This document shows positions 44,136 to 53,612 of a DNA stretch of 64,000 bases, one piece after another. This DNA comes from an uncultured delta proteobacterium (GTDB lineage: Bacteria; Myxococcota_A; Polyangia; Fen-1088), in assembly GCA_963767925.1 (NCBI GenBank), contig CAVYGB010000013.1:64001-128000 (forward strand), written 5' to 3'. The notes under the pieces are model-generated. The model was not told the DNA's origin, made no database searches, and was given only the letters and a program-made list of their open reading frames with translations. Made by a program: the position numbers and the translations under genes. Position 1 is the stretch's first letter. Each line of letters begins with the position of its first letter.

Positions 44136-45332
44136 ATGACCGAGGCAGCGACGGTCCTGATAGTGGACGACGACCCGCTCGTGCGGGCGACGTTCGTCCG
44201 CATCCTGCAGCTCGGCGGCTTCCGGACGCGTGAGGCCGGCGATGGCCGGCAGGGGCTGGAAGAGTTCCGGCGACAGCGGCCCGACGCCGTGCTGCTCGAC
44301 CTGCGCATGCCCGGCATGGACGGGCTCGACGTCCTCAGCGCCATCGTCGAGGAAGCGCCCGAGGCCCCGGTGCTCGTTGTATCGGGCGCGGGCACGATGC
44401 GGGACGCGGTCGAGGCGCTCCGCCGGGGCGCCTGGGACTTCGTCGTCAAGCCGATGTACGATCCCGAGCTGCTGGTCCGCTCCTTCGAGCGCGCGCTCGA
44501 GAAGGCCAGCCTCAAGCGCCAGAACCAGGAGTACCGGCGCCACCTCGAGGAGGCCAACCAGATCCTGGCCCGCGCGCTGTCCGAGCTGCGGGCCGATCAG
44601 CACGGCGCGCGGCTGCTGCAGTTCCAGCTCTTGCCGCGCGACGGGCTCGTGCTCGGGGACCACCGCCTCTCGCGCCGCATCTTCCCCTCGCAGGTGCTGA
44701 GCGGCGACTTCGTCGACTACTTCATGCTGGCCGACGGCATGGCGGGCTTTTACGTGGCGGACGTGTCGGGTCACGGCGCTGCCTCCGCCTTCGTGACCGC
44801 GATCCTCACGACGCTCGTCGGAAAATATCGGCAGGCGCTGTCCCTTTCCGGTGACGAGACGGTGCTGCATCCCGGCCGGTTGCTCGAACGGCTGGACCGG
44901 GATCTGTCGGTGCTACCGCTCGATAAACACGTGACTATGTTCTACGGCGTGCTGGATCTGGAACACGGCCGCCTGCGCTACGCCAACGCGGGACTCTTCC
45001 CTTTCCCCCTGGTGCGGGTGGGATCCAGCGCACGTGTCCTCGAGTGTCCAGGTCGTCCCCTCGCCCTGCCTGGACCGGACGGTGGCCGAACGACGTCGGC
45101 GGGTGAGCTGGCCTTTGCCGCGGATGCGCGCATGCTGGTCGGGACCGACGGTCTCCTCGAGATAGGGACAGAGGGCTCGCAGCGCGAGAAGTGGGAGCAC
45201 GTGCGCCAGGCCTTCGAGAAGAGCGACGACGTCGAGACGTTGATCGCCCATCTCGGACTGGACGGCAAAGCGGCTCTGCGCGACGATGTGGCGGTCCTTT
45301 ATCTGGGCGGTACGGAGGTGTCACATGGCTGA
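44136..45332 (+). CDS. Response regulator with PP2C/SpoIIE domain (Pseudomonas RssB-like)
   Basis: Receiver LLDLRMP; LSGDFVDY, ADVSGHG, TDG and DD PP2C motifs. Confidence 0.85.
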   Translation: MTEAATVLIVDDDPLVRATFVRILQLGGFRTREAGDGRQGLEEFRRQRPDAVLLDLRMPGMDGLDVLSAIVEEAPEAPVLVVSGAGTMRDAVEALRRGAWDFVVKPMYDPELLVRSFERALEKASLKRQNQEYRRHLEEANQILARALSELRADQHGARLLQFQLLPRDGLVLGDHRLSRRIFPSQVLSGDFVDYFMLADGMAGFYVADVSGHGAASAFVTAILTTLVGKYRQALSLSGDETVLHPGRLLERLDRDLSVLPLDKHVTMFYGVLDLEHGRLRYANAGLFPFPLVRVGSSARVLECPGRPLALPGPDGGRTTSAGELAFAADARMLVGTDGLLEIGTEGSQREKWEHVRQAFEKSDDVETLIAHLGLDGKAALRDDVAVLYLGGTEVSHG

Positions 45333-45825
45333 GGGGCGAGTGACGTATGCACAGGAGGACAGGTGGCACGTTCTGCGCTACTTCGGCCGGGTCGACTACA
45401 CCATCGCGCCCGCCATAGACAGCTTCGTGCATCGCCTGTTCGAAGACGGCGGCGTGCGCCCCTTCCTGTTCGACCTGCGTGAGGCCCGCCTGATCGACAG
45501 CACCAACCTGGGCCTGTTCGCCCGCATCGCCGATCGCGTGCGGCGGGGCGAGGGCGGCCGCAGCGCCATCGTCTCGTCGGCGAACGACATCAACGACGTC
45601 CTCGCCAGCATGGGCTTCGAGGAGATCTTCGACATCCGGGCCGACCTGCCCTACGCCCCCCGGGCCGACAACGAGGAGCTCGTCACCGGAGAGTCCCCCT
45701 CCCACGGCGAGCTCCTGCGCACCATGCTCGACGCCCACAAGACCCTCGTGACCCTCAACGAGGGCGACCGCCAGCGCTTCCAGGACGTGGTCAGCATGCT
45801 GGAAGCCGAGATGCGCGGGCGATAG
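45325..45825 (+). CDS. STAS anti-sigma-factor antagonist (RssC-like)
   Basis: FDLREARLIDSTNLG STAS motif, SMGF, C-terminal AHKTL...N...F.DVV. Confidence 0.8.
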   Translation: MAEGRVTYAQEDRWHVLRYFGRVDYTIAPAIDSFVHRLFEDGGVRPFLFDLREARLIDSTNLGLFARIADRVRRGEGGRSAIVSSANDINDVLASMGFEEIFDIRADLPYAPRADNEELVTGESPSHGELLRTMLDAHKTLVTLNEGDRQRFQDVVSMLEAEMRGR

Positions 45826-45885
45826 CGGCCGGGGAGCCCGACCTCCGAACGCTGCAAGTGAGGCTCCGCCTCGAACCGCGCCCCG

Positions 45886-47922
45886 CTACGGGGTGGGGCG
45901 GGCGGCGGCGGTGGTGGTGGCTTCGGCCATGCGGACGCGGCGCTTGAGCATGATCACGTTGGGGGAGTCGGACTTGCCGTTGTTGCCGACCGGGTCGCCC
46001 TCGCGGTCCCGGAACTCGACGTAATATTGCATGGCCTTGCCGGCGACCTTGTCGCCCGGGATGACCGCCACGTACCAGCCCTTGCGCGATCGCTCCATGC
46101 CGAGCGAGTTGAAGTGGGTCGAGCCGCTGGGGCGGTAATACAGCGCCGCCGTCGTCGCCTTGACCTGGCCCTGGGGCACGCAGTGGACGTAGATGTCGAG
46201 GCCGAGCTGGGCCTCGTCGGGCACCGCGCAGTGGACCGGCTCGGGGATGCTGGCGGGCAGGTCGGGCCCTTCGGCCAGCTTCTCCCGCGCCTGCTTCTCC
46301 TTCTCGAGCTGCTCCTTCTGCTCGTTGACCCGCGTCTCGGCCTGGCGCCGTTCGCCCTCGAGCTTCTCCTTGAGCTCGCGCTCCTTCTGCTCGCGCTCGG
46401 CCGCCTCGGCGAGCTGCTTGGCCATCGCCTTTTGCCCGTCGAGCTTGTCCTTCTGGACCTGCTCGCGCTCGTCGCGCGCCTTCTTCTCGCGGCCCAGCGC
46501 CTCGCTCAGCTTCTGGGCCAGCTCGGCCTTCTCCTTGTGCTCCTTGGCGATCGCCTCGTTGAGCTTCTTGGTGAACCCGGCCTTCTCCAGCTCCAGCTTC
46601 TCGCGGAGGGCCTTCTCCTTCTTCTCCCGGGCCTCCGCCTCGGCGAGCTGCTTTTGCAGCGACCTCTCGCTCTCGGCGAACTGCTTGCTGAGGTGGCGCT
46701 CGCTCTCGAGCTTGGCCTTCTGGAGGGCCTCGTTGCCCTCGCTGATGTTCTCCTTGGCCTCGCGCTCGCGCTGCTCGCGGGTCTTCGTCTCGGCGAGCTG
46801 CTGCTGCAGCCCCGCCTTCTCCTTCTGCAAGCGCTCGCGGGCGGCGATCTCTTCCTTGGCCTTCTCCTCGCTGTCGGCCAGCCGCTCCTTGAGGGTCTCC
46901 GCCTCCTGGCGCGCCTCCTCCAGCTTGGCCTTGGCCTCTCTCTCGCGCGACTGGGACACGTCGGCCAGGACCTTGTCGAGCTCGGTCTTCTGCTGCTGCG
47001 CCTTCTTGGCCGCGAGGGCCGCGTCGCGCGCCGCCTTCTCCTCCTCGAGCGCCGCCTCACGCGCGGCCTTGGCCTGGGCCAGAGCCGCCACCTTGGCCGC
47101 CTGCTTGGCCTCGATGGCCGCCTTCGCTTCGGCGATGGCGGCCGCCTTCTCCGCCTTCTTCTCGGCGATGGCCGCGCGCCTGGCCGCCGCCGCCTCGCGC
47201 CGGGCAGCCAGCTTCTCGGCCCGCAGGCGCGCCTTGCGCTGGGCCCGGGTCTCGCGCTTGGCCGGCTTGCTGACGGCAGCCCGGGCCTTCGCCGCCGCCG
47301 CCGCGATCTCCGGCTGCCCGTCGGCGGGTCCGCTGGCGCCGGCCGCCGCCTCCGCCTTCTCGCGGGCCGCGGCTACCTCGGCGGCCTGTTTGGCCTCTGC
47401 CTTGGCGGTTTCGGCGGCGTCCTCCTTGGCAGCGGTCTCCTCGGCCTGCGCCGCCGCCGCCCAGGCCTTCTCTTCCTTCTCCCGCTCGACCTTGACCTGG
47501 GCGCGCGCCCGATCGAACACCCGGTTCGCCGCCGCGGTGGCGAGGTTGGAGCTCAGCTTCGCGTCGGGCTGCATGCGCAGCGCGAGGGTGAAGTAGCGGA
47601 CCCCCTTCTCCTCGTCCTTGAGGCCCTCGACGTGGATCAGGCCGAGCTGGACGTAGCTGCGCGCCACCGAGGGGTGCGCGTTGAGGCCGCTCTGCTTGCT
47701 GAGCACGACGGCCTGCAGGAGCAGCGTCTTGGCCTTCTGATTTTCACCGGCGTCGTACGCCGCGGTGGCAGCGGCGTTGATGGCGTCGATGCGCTTGACC
47801 ACCGCCGGGTCGGCGGCGGCGGTGGCGGGGCTGGGTTGAATGACAGTAGTGAGGAAGAGCCCCACGACGATAGAAACCGCAAGGGGCTGGGCAACGCGGC
47901 GGGCGCGCATCGGCGTCTCCAT
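45886..47922 (-). CDS. Exported TPR + long coiled-coil + C-terminal beta-sandwich protein
   Basis: Signal peptide, TPR-like helices, long E/K/A/Q-rich coil, C-terminal LYYR...MQYYVE domain. Confidence 0.75.
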   Translation of the reverse strand: METPMRARRVAQPLAVSIVVGLFLTTVIQPSPATAAADPAVVKRIDAINAAATAAYDAGENQKAKTLLLQAVVLSKQSGLNAHPSVARSYVQLGLIHVEGLKDEEKGVRYFTLALRMQPDAKLSSNLATAAANRVFDRARAQVKVEREKEEKAWAAAAQAEETAAKEDAAETAKAEAKQAAEVAAAREKAEAAAGASGPADGQPEIAAAAAKARAAVSKPAKRETRAQRKARLRAEKLAARREAAAARRAAIAEKKAEKAAAIAEAKAAIEAKQAAKVAALAQAKAAREAALEEEKAARDAALAAKKAQQQKTELDKVLADVSQSREREAKAKLEEARQEAETLKERLADSEEKAKEEIAARERLQKEKAGLQQQLAETKTREQREREAKENISEGNEALQKAKLESERHLSKQFAESERSLQKQLAEAEAREKKEKALREKLELEKAGFTKKLNEAIAKEHKEKAELAQKLSEALGREKKARDEREQVQKDKLDGQKAMAKQLAEAAEREQKERELKEKLEGERRQAETRVNEQKEQLEKEKQAREKLAEGPDLPASIPEPVHCAVPDEAQLGLDIYVHCVPQGQVKATTAALYYRPSGSTHFNSLGMERSRKGWYVAVIPGDKVAGKAMQYYVEFRDREGDPVGNNGKSDSPNVIMLKRRVRMAEATTTAAARPTP

Positions 47923-48156
47923 GGCTGGGGGCCTATCGTTCCAGAATCCTCGAGATATATCCCGCCCCGGCCCTCGCGGGTAGGCGCAAAACGGCTGCAG
48001 GGCGCGGCGCAAATCCACGCCTGGGACGTCGCGTGAGCCGGATCCTACCGGGATTGTTCTCGTTATTGCCCCTGGCTGGGTTTCCCCTGATCGGGGGTCC
48101 TGCCCCGGATCGCTTTTGCTGGACAGGGCGCCCGCTCCTGCGCGAGGACGGAGAGC

Positions 48157-49479
48157 ATGTCCAGGCAGTTCGGACGCAGAGATGTCGGGCGAGGGTTGGC
48201 CGCCGGCGGCGTCGCCGCGCTCTCCACCGCCCTCGGTAGCCGCCGGGTCCTCGGGGCCAACGAACGGATCGGGCTGGGGGTCATCGGCTGCGGCAACCGC
48301 GGCGCCCCGGTCTGGAGCAAGTTCCTGAGCCAGCCCAACGTCGACCCGGTCGCGGTGTGCGACGTCTACCAGCCCTTCGTCGACAAAGGGCGCGAGCTGG
48401 GCGGCGGCCGCCCGAAGGCCTACCAGGACTTCCGCAAGCTGCTCGAGGACAAGGACGTCGACGCCGTCCTCATCGCCACCCCCGACCACTGGCACGCCCT
48501 GCAGGCGGTGGCCGCCTGTCAGGCCGGCAAGGACGTCTACGTGGAGAAGCCGCTGTCCCTGTTCGTGAAGGAGGGCGCGGCCATGGTGGCGGCGGCTCGC
48601 CGGCACAAGCGGGTGGTCCAGACCGGCAGCCAGCAGCGCTCGGGCGCCCACTATGCGCGGGCGATCGAGCTGATCCGCCAGGGCTACATCGGCGCCGTCC
48701 ACCAGGTCAGCGTGGGCTTTTCCCGCAACGTGGGACCGGGGTTCAAGGCCAAGGACCTCCCGGTCGACGCCAGCAACCTCGACTGGGACATGTGGCTGGG
48801 ACCGGCCCCCAAGGTGCCCTTCGATCCCTTCCGCTGCCTCTACAACTTCCGCTGGTTCTGGGACTACTCGGGCGGGCAGATGACGAACTTCGGCGCCCAC
48901 CACCTGGACATCGTGCGCTGGGCCCTCGGCGCCCGCGCGCCGCTGGCGGTGGGTGGGTACGGCGGCCGCTACGCGGTCAAGGACGGGGGCGAGACCCCCG
49001 ACGTGCAGGAGGTCGTCTACCAGTTCCCCAACTGCGTGGTGACCTGGTCGGCCCGCGAGATCAACCGGGGCGAGCGCCCGTTCGACATCGAGTTCCACGG
49101 CACGCTCGCCACCCTGGGGATCACGCGCGGTGGGTTCAAGGTGATCCCCGAGTCGCGCAGCGCCGGCCGCAACGCCGCCGCCTTGCAGATCGAGAGCGGC
49201 AGCGCCGCGGTGGCCCCCCGCGAGGAGAAGGGCGCCGACCTCGACGGGCCGCACATCGCCAGCTTCCTCGAATGCATCAGGAGCCGGGCCCGCCCCACCG
49301 CCGACGTCGAGGAGGGCCACCTCAGCGCCACCATGTGCCACCTCGGCAACGCCGCCACCCGGCTCGGTCGCAGCCTGCGCTGGGACGCCGACAAGGAGCA
49401 GGTCATCGGCGACCCCGCCGCCAACCGCTGGCTGGCCCGCCCCTACCGCAAGCCCTGGTCCCTCAGCGCGCTGACCTAG
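48157..49479 (+). CDS. Tat-exported Gfo/Idh/MocA oxidoreductase
   Basis: RRD Tat-like signal, IGCGNRG, ATPDHWH, YVEKP, WDMWLGPAP, GAHHLD. Confidence 0.92.
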   Translation: MSRQFGRRDVGRGLAAGGVAALSTALGSRRVLGANERIGLGVIGCGNRGAPVWSKFLSQPNVDPVAVCDVYQPFVDKGRELGGGRPKAYQDFRKLLEDKDVDAVLIATPDHWHALQAVAACQAGKDVYVEKPLSLFVKEGAAMVAAARRHKRVVQTGSQQRSGAHYARAIELIRQGYIGAVHQVSVGFSRNVGPGFKAKDLPVDASNLDWDMWLGPAPKVPFDPFRCLYNFRWFWDYSGGQMTNFGAHHLDIVRWALGARAPLAVGGYGGRYAVKDGGETPDVQEVVYQFPNCVVTWSAREINRGERPFDIEFHGTLATLGITRGGFKVIPESRSAGRNAAALQIESGSAAVAPREEKGADLDGPHIASFLECIRSRARPTADVEEGHLSATMCHLGNAATRLGRSLRWDADKEQVIGDPAANRWLARPYRKPWSLSALT

Positions 49480-49591
49480 CTGGTTGCTTCGCCCGACTGC
49501 ACCTGCAGCGGGTTGCCTTCCATTTGATGAGGGAATCGCGGACGAAGCGGCATCCCCAAACTCGAGGAGGGCGAGCGGGCGGCCGGGCGGC

Positions 49592-49670
49592 TCAGGCGGC
49601 GAGGGGGAGGCGCAGCACCACGGCGGTGCCCGGGTGGGCGGCGGTGACGCTGAGGCGGCCGCCGATCTCT
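49592..49670 (-). pseudogene. 3' remnant of a sensor histidine kinase at the island boundary
   Basis: Translates as EIGGRLSVTAAHPGTAVVLRLPLAA*, a typical HATPase C-terminus; nothing kinase-like upstream. Confidence 0.5.
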
Positions 49671-49717
49671 CCTTCGGTCGGTCGCATGACCGCCGCTGAA
49701 CGGCAAGGTTGTTCGGC
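49670..49717 (+). mobile_element. Partial integron attC site (L' and R' only)
   Basis: CGCCGCTGAACGGCA is identical to the right arm of the attC at 50782-50796 and is followed by GTTCGGC. Confidence 0.6.
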
Positions 49718-49740
49718 AGACGACGCGGGAACGACGTTCG

Positions 49741-50170
49741 ATGGACTCACACACCGGCAGGGCTCGGACGTTCCTGGCGAAGCTGAAGACGTGGGCCAAT
49801 GAGAGGGATGACGTGCGGGCCCTGTTGCTCGTCGGATCGTTCGCGCGGAGCGAGGCCCGACCGGATTCCGACGTGGACATCGTCCTGCTGACGGACGGTC
49901 AATGCGCCTACCTCGACGACACCAACTGGGTGTCGGTCTTCGGTCAAGTTGACAGGGTTGAGGTGGAACCGTACGGACGAGTAACGTCGGTTCGGGCGTT
50001 CTATTCTGAGGGGCTTGAGGTTGAATTCGCGGTCGCGCCCGCGGACTGGGCCACGAGACCACTCGACCCGGGAACAGAGGCGGTGGTTCGTGGTGGGATC
50101 GTCGTTCTTCTGGATCGGGACGGCGACGCCCAAGATCTCGCGGGCAGACGAGCGCTGCGTCGCGGCTTCG
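49741..50170 (+). CDS. Nucleotidyltransferase-domain protein (cassette gene), in frame with the next gene
   Basis: LVGSFAR...DSDVDIV pol-beta superfamily motif; starts just after an attC R' site. Confidence 0.7.
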
Positions 50171-50187
50171 GTGGTAGACTGAAGACC

Positions 50188-50382
50188 ATGGTCCTGGCGA
50201 TCGACCTCGGTGATGCAGAAGCTCAGCGGCTCCGTGAGGCAGCGGCTCGTCTCGGTGTTGCGCCGGAGGAACTCGCGCGGGCCCTCGTGACCGATCACCT
50301 GGCCAAGCCTGCGACTGACTTCGACGCAGCGGCATCCTTCGTCCTCGACAAGAACGCTGAGCTCTATCGCCGACTCGGCTGA
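50188..50382 (+). CDS. Small antitoxin of a Doc-type TA pair
   Basis: 64 aa ending FDAAASFVLDKNAELYRRLG; own extended -10 TGGTAGACT; TGATG coupling to a doc start. Confidence 0.7.
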   Translation: MVLAIDLGDAEAQRLREAAARLGVAPEELARALVTDHLAKPATDFDAAASFVLDKNAELYRRLG

Positions 50383-50421
50383 TGCGTTACCTGCGCCTCG
50401 GCGAAGTCCTGCTGCTGCACG
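50382..50421 (+). pseudogene. Doc/Fic toxin, N-terminal remnant
   Basis: MRYLRLGEVLLLH matches the Doc N-terminus; the Fic motif is absent. Confidence 0.6.
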
Positions 50422-50728
50422 CGACCACGGTGGCCTGGTCACTCTCGTCGAAACGCGAAACAAGAGCGGCCCCGCCGGCAGCTTCTGGATACATCCCGCC
50501 GACTGGAAGGCGATCGAACGGGCGGCCACGCGTCTTGGCAGTCGCGTGGTTGGTACCTTTCACTCGCATCTGGCGTCCGACCCAAACCCCGGGAACGGGG
50601 ACATTCGTGGGGCCGTTCAGGGGCACGCGATGGTCATCGTGGATGCCCCGACCGGAGAACTCCGTGCCTGGCGCATCCGAAAGGGCCGAGCGTATCGCCT
50701 TCGCCATCAGTTCTACGAGAGTGGCTAA
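50422..50728 (+). pseudogene. JAB/MPN (Mov34) metalloprotease, 5'-truncated cassette gene
   Basis: ...RNKS...FWIHP...VVGTFHSHLASDPNPGNGD (HxH...D motif); its stop lies in the attC R'' site. Confidence 0.65.
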
Positions 50729-50807
50729 CGGCCGTTGCAGCGGACGGGCGCGTTGGTCGCCCTGCGGGCTCCTCTCGCGCTCGCCGCTGAACGGCAGATC
50801 GTTGGGC
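50723..50807 (+). mobile_element. Integron attC site
   Basis: R'' GGCTAAC, L'' GTTGCAGCG with an extra G relative to L' CGCTGAAC, R' GTTGGGC; 85 bp. Confidence 0.8.
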
Positions 50808-50883
50808 AGCTTGAACGCGGGTTTGATCCTTTGAACAGAAATAAGAGGGACAACCCAGCCGCCGTTCTTTCGGTGCTCGCGAA

Positions 50884-51730
50884 CTAGGGGAGGACCGGGA
50901 GCGTCGGAGCGGAATGAGCGCGCGCCTTCCGGGCGGCGACCTTGGCGGCGATGTGCTCGCGGCCGTAGTCCTGTTCGGCAGCGTGGAGGTTGTGGGCCCT
51001 GCAGCGGAGAGCAAGGTTCGCGGCCGTTGGCGGCCCGCCCAAAGCGAAGGGGTGAAGGTGGTGAACCTGGAGTTGGTGGCGGGAGGTGCAGCGGTGGCCG
51101 GCGCTGCCGATGAACGCGCACTGACCTCCGTCGCGCCGCCATACCTCATCGCGTACGGTTGCGTGGACGTAGCGGCTGCCCGGTGGAGGCATGCTTGGGG
51201 AGGCCTTCTTGCCCGTGCCGCGGCGCCGCCGGTCTGCGTTCGCCAGGATCGCACGGAGCCCCTCGTGCAGAACCTCCGCCAGCTCTCCGCCAGGCAGCTT
51301 GTGAGACAGAGCCCGCCGAGCCGCCTCCAGGTTCGCGACGAACTCGGCGCTCACCGTCACCCGCAGGACGTGTTGCTCCGGGGCAATCGGGTGCAGCCGT
51401 GCTGCCGGCGGGCGAGCGACCTGAACCGCAGTAGCCGGCGCCGGGACTGGCGGCGGCAAGAAGGCCGGCGGGGACGCGAGCGCCGCGTTCGGGCCCTTCG
51501 TTGCAGCCGGTGCCGGGCCGGAACCAGTCGAATAATTCCGGGGACTTGGCAGCCTGCGCAGCAGGTCGGCGGGGGCGGGCTGCGGCCGCAGGCTGGCCAC
51601 GAGCTCCTTGACTTGGTCTTCCGTTCGCCCGGCAGCACGATCGAGGATTTCGACGACATGTGCTTCGTCGAGCACGTCACGGAGCTCGACGAGGGTCGTG
51701 AGGTTCAGTCGCCCATTGGCCAGATAGTCG
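50884..51730 (-). pseudogene. HNH endonuclease-domain protein, 5'-truncated by IS66
   Basis: RDGGQC...HHLHPFALGG...NLALRCRAHN; the reading frame runs into the IS66 terminal repeat. Confidence 0.8.
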
Positions 51731-51813
51731 GTACCCGCTGCACGGACCCCGTGCTTCCAGCCTGACGGCATCAGAGCCAGATTGATGGGGTGACGAACAC
51801 GAGCGCGAAAGGG

Positions 51814-53553
51814 TCAGGGCTGCGGAGGTGGTTCCTGTTCCGCAGGCCCCTCGATCTTCGGCGGGACAGAGAGCGGGCCGAGTTCGGCGACGAGTTCGGC
51901 CGGGTTGAGGCGGTCGCGGGTGCGAGTCCAGAATTTCGGGGCCAGCTCGAGGTAGCGATCGCGCGGCCAGTGCGGCAGGACCCGGAAGAGGTCACGCAGA
52001 TACTGCTCGGGGTCGAGGCTGTGAAGACGAGCCGAGGCGACGAGGGAAAACAGGTGACCGGCGGCTTGGGCGTGGTCGTCGGAGCCGACGAAGAGCCATG
52101 CCTTCCTGCCCACGGCGATGCGGCGCAACTCGCGCTCCGATCCGTTGTTCGTCGGCTCGAGCCGACCGTCGTCGAGGTAGCGCGTGAGCGCGGCTTTCTG
52201 TCGCACGCAGTAGCCGAGGGCGGTGCGGAGCAGACCGCGTTGATCTTTGACCCGCGCGAACTCTATCTGGGCCCACTCGAAGAAGGCTTCAAGATGCGGT
52301 CGGGCATGAGTCCGGCGCAGAGCCGTTCGCTCGGTCGGCGAGTAGTTCTTCCACTGGCGCTCCAGGGCGAAGATGCGGCCCAGGCGGGCCAGCCCTTCGC
52401 GAGCGACGGCGCTCTTGGCAATCGTGGCCTCCCACAGCTTCCTTCGCGCGTGTGCCAGGCACCCGACCTCGGTGCGCTCGGGGGGGTCAGCAGCAGCGTC
52501 GTCAGGGGGATCGTCGGGCGGGCGGAACAGGATGTCATAGACGCTCTTGGCGTCGGCCTGCACGTAGCCGGCGAAGCCCTTGAACATCTCGCCGACGGCG
52601 GTGGAGGTCTCCTTGGGCGTGTACTCGAACAAGACGTGATCGCGATCGGCGATTTGCACGAAGTAGTGGCCACGCCGGCACGGTTGGCGCCCCTTCTGGG
52701 TGTCGCGCAGCGGCTGGACCAGGACGCCGGTGGCATCGGTCGAGATGCAGAAAGCGTTAGCCATCGCGTCCTTGCGCATGGCCTCGACGACCGTAGCGCC
52801 ACAGGTGGCACCGGCGTGCTCCATCCAGCGGCTCATGGTGCCCCGGTCGATCGGGACGCCGAGGCGGGCGAAGCGATTCTCCTGACGGTGCAGCGGAAGG
52901 CCGTCGCAGTACTTGTCGACAACGATGTGCGCGACCAACGAGACGGTGGCGATCGAGCGCGGAAACATCTCTGGCGGCATCGGCGCGGTGATGATCATGG
53001 TCTTCTCGGGCGCTGGGTCGGCGGCGTCGGGCCGGCGGTACTTTACCCGAGAGACGACGAGCCGGCGTGGGCCGCCACGCTGCCACACGATCTTGCTCGA
53101 CTCCTCGGAGGCGCCCAGCCGCTCGGCCTTGCCCTGGGCGACGAGCGCGTCCATCTCGGGGTTGGGAATCTCGATGTGCTCCTCGAGCATCTTGATTCGG
53201 CGCAGATCTCGGCGACCCTTGGGTCGGGGCCGGGAAGCGGTCTTGCCGTCGGCGCCGTTGCCGTTGGCTCCAATGCCGATGGTGCCGGCAAGCTTGTCGA
53301 GTTCGGCGAGCTTATCCTTGAACTCGAGCTCAAGCTGCTTGGTGTCGACCCGCTCGGCCTTGGCGATGAAGATCCGCCGGCGCATGAGCTCGACGTCGAG
53401 CCACAAGCGATCGTAGGCAGCGCGCAGCTCGTCGCGCTCGCGGACCAGATCGGCGATCCGGGCGTCCCTGTCGGCGAGCGCAGATTCGAGCCGCGCGATC
53501 CGCGCGGCAGCGTCGGTGGGGGGCGTGCTCGTCGAGAAATCCGCGCCGGCCAT
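51814..53553 (-). CDS. tnpC: IS66 transposase TnpC
   Basis: LPLHRQ, DAT, CLAHARRK, TNNGSERELR, GRKAWLF. Confidence 0.95.
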   Translation of the reverse strand: MAGADFSTSTPPTDAAARIARLESALADRDARIADLVRERDELRAAYDRLWLDVELMRRRIFIAKAERVDTKQLELEFKDKLAELDKLAGTIGIGANGNGADGKTASRPRPKGRRDLRRIKMLEEHIEIPNPEMDALVAQGKAERLGASEESSKIVWQRGGPRRLVVSRVKYRRPDAADPAPEKTMIITAPMPPEMFPRSIATVSLVAHIVVDKYCDGLPLHRQENRFARLGVPIDRGTMSRWMEHAGATCGATVVEAMRKDAMANAFCISTDATGVLVQPLRDTQKGRQPCRRGHYFVQIADRDHVLFEYTPKETSTAVGEMFKGFAGYVQADAKSVYDILFRPPDDPPDDAAADPPERTEVGCLAHARRKLWEATIAKSAVAREGLARLGRIFALERQWKNYSPTERTALRRTHARPHLEAFFEWAQIEFARVKDQRGLLRTALGYCVRQKAALTRYLDDGRLEPTNNGSERELRRIAVGRKAWLFVGSDDHAQAAGHLFSLVASARLHSLDPEQYLRDLFRVLPHWPRDRYLELAPKFWTRTRDRLNPAELVAELGPLSVPPKIEGPAEQEPPPQP

Positions 53554-53612
53554 TCAGTCTCTGAATTGATACTCGCGGGCCGATGGTTTCGTTGATTCAT
53601 GATGATCGATGA

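Noticed and set aside
45886..49341. 1151-aa ORF
   Set aside because: The N-terminal part is the antisense shadow of the oxidoreductase; the real start is near 47922.
49741..50382. Nucleotidyltransferase-antitoxin fusion as a new TA type
   Set aside because: An internal promoter and ATG at 50188, plus neighbouring deletions, favour an accidental in-frame junction.
51790..53595. Long plus-strand ORF over IS66 and other overlapping Arg/Pro/Gly-rich ORFs in the window
   Set aside because: Shadow ORFs typical of high-GC DNA opposite well-supported genes.
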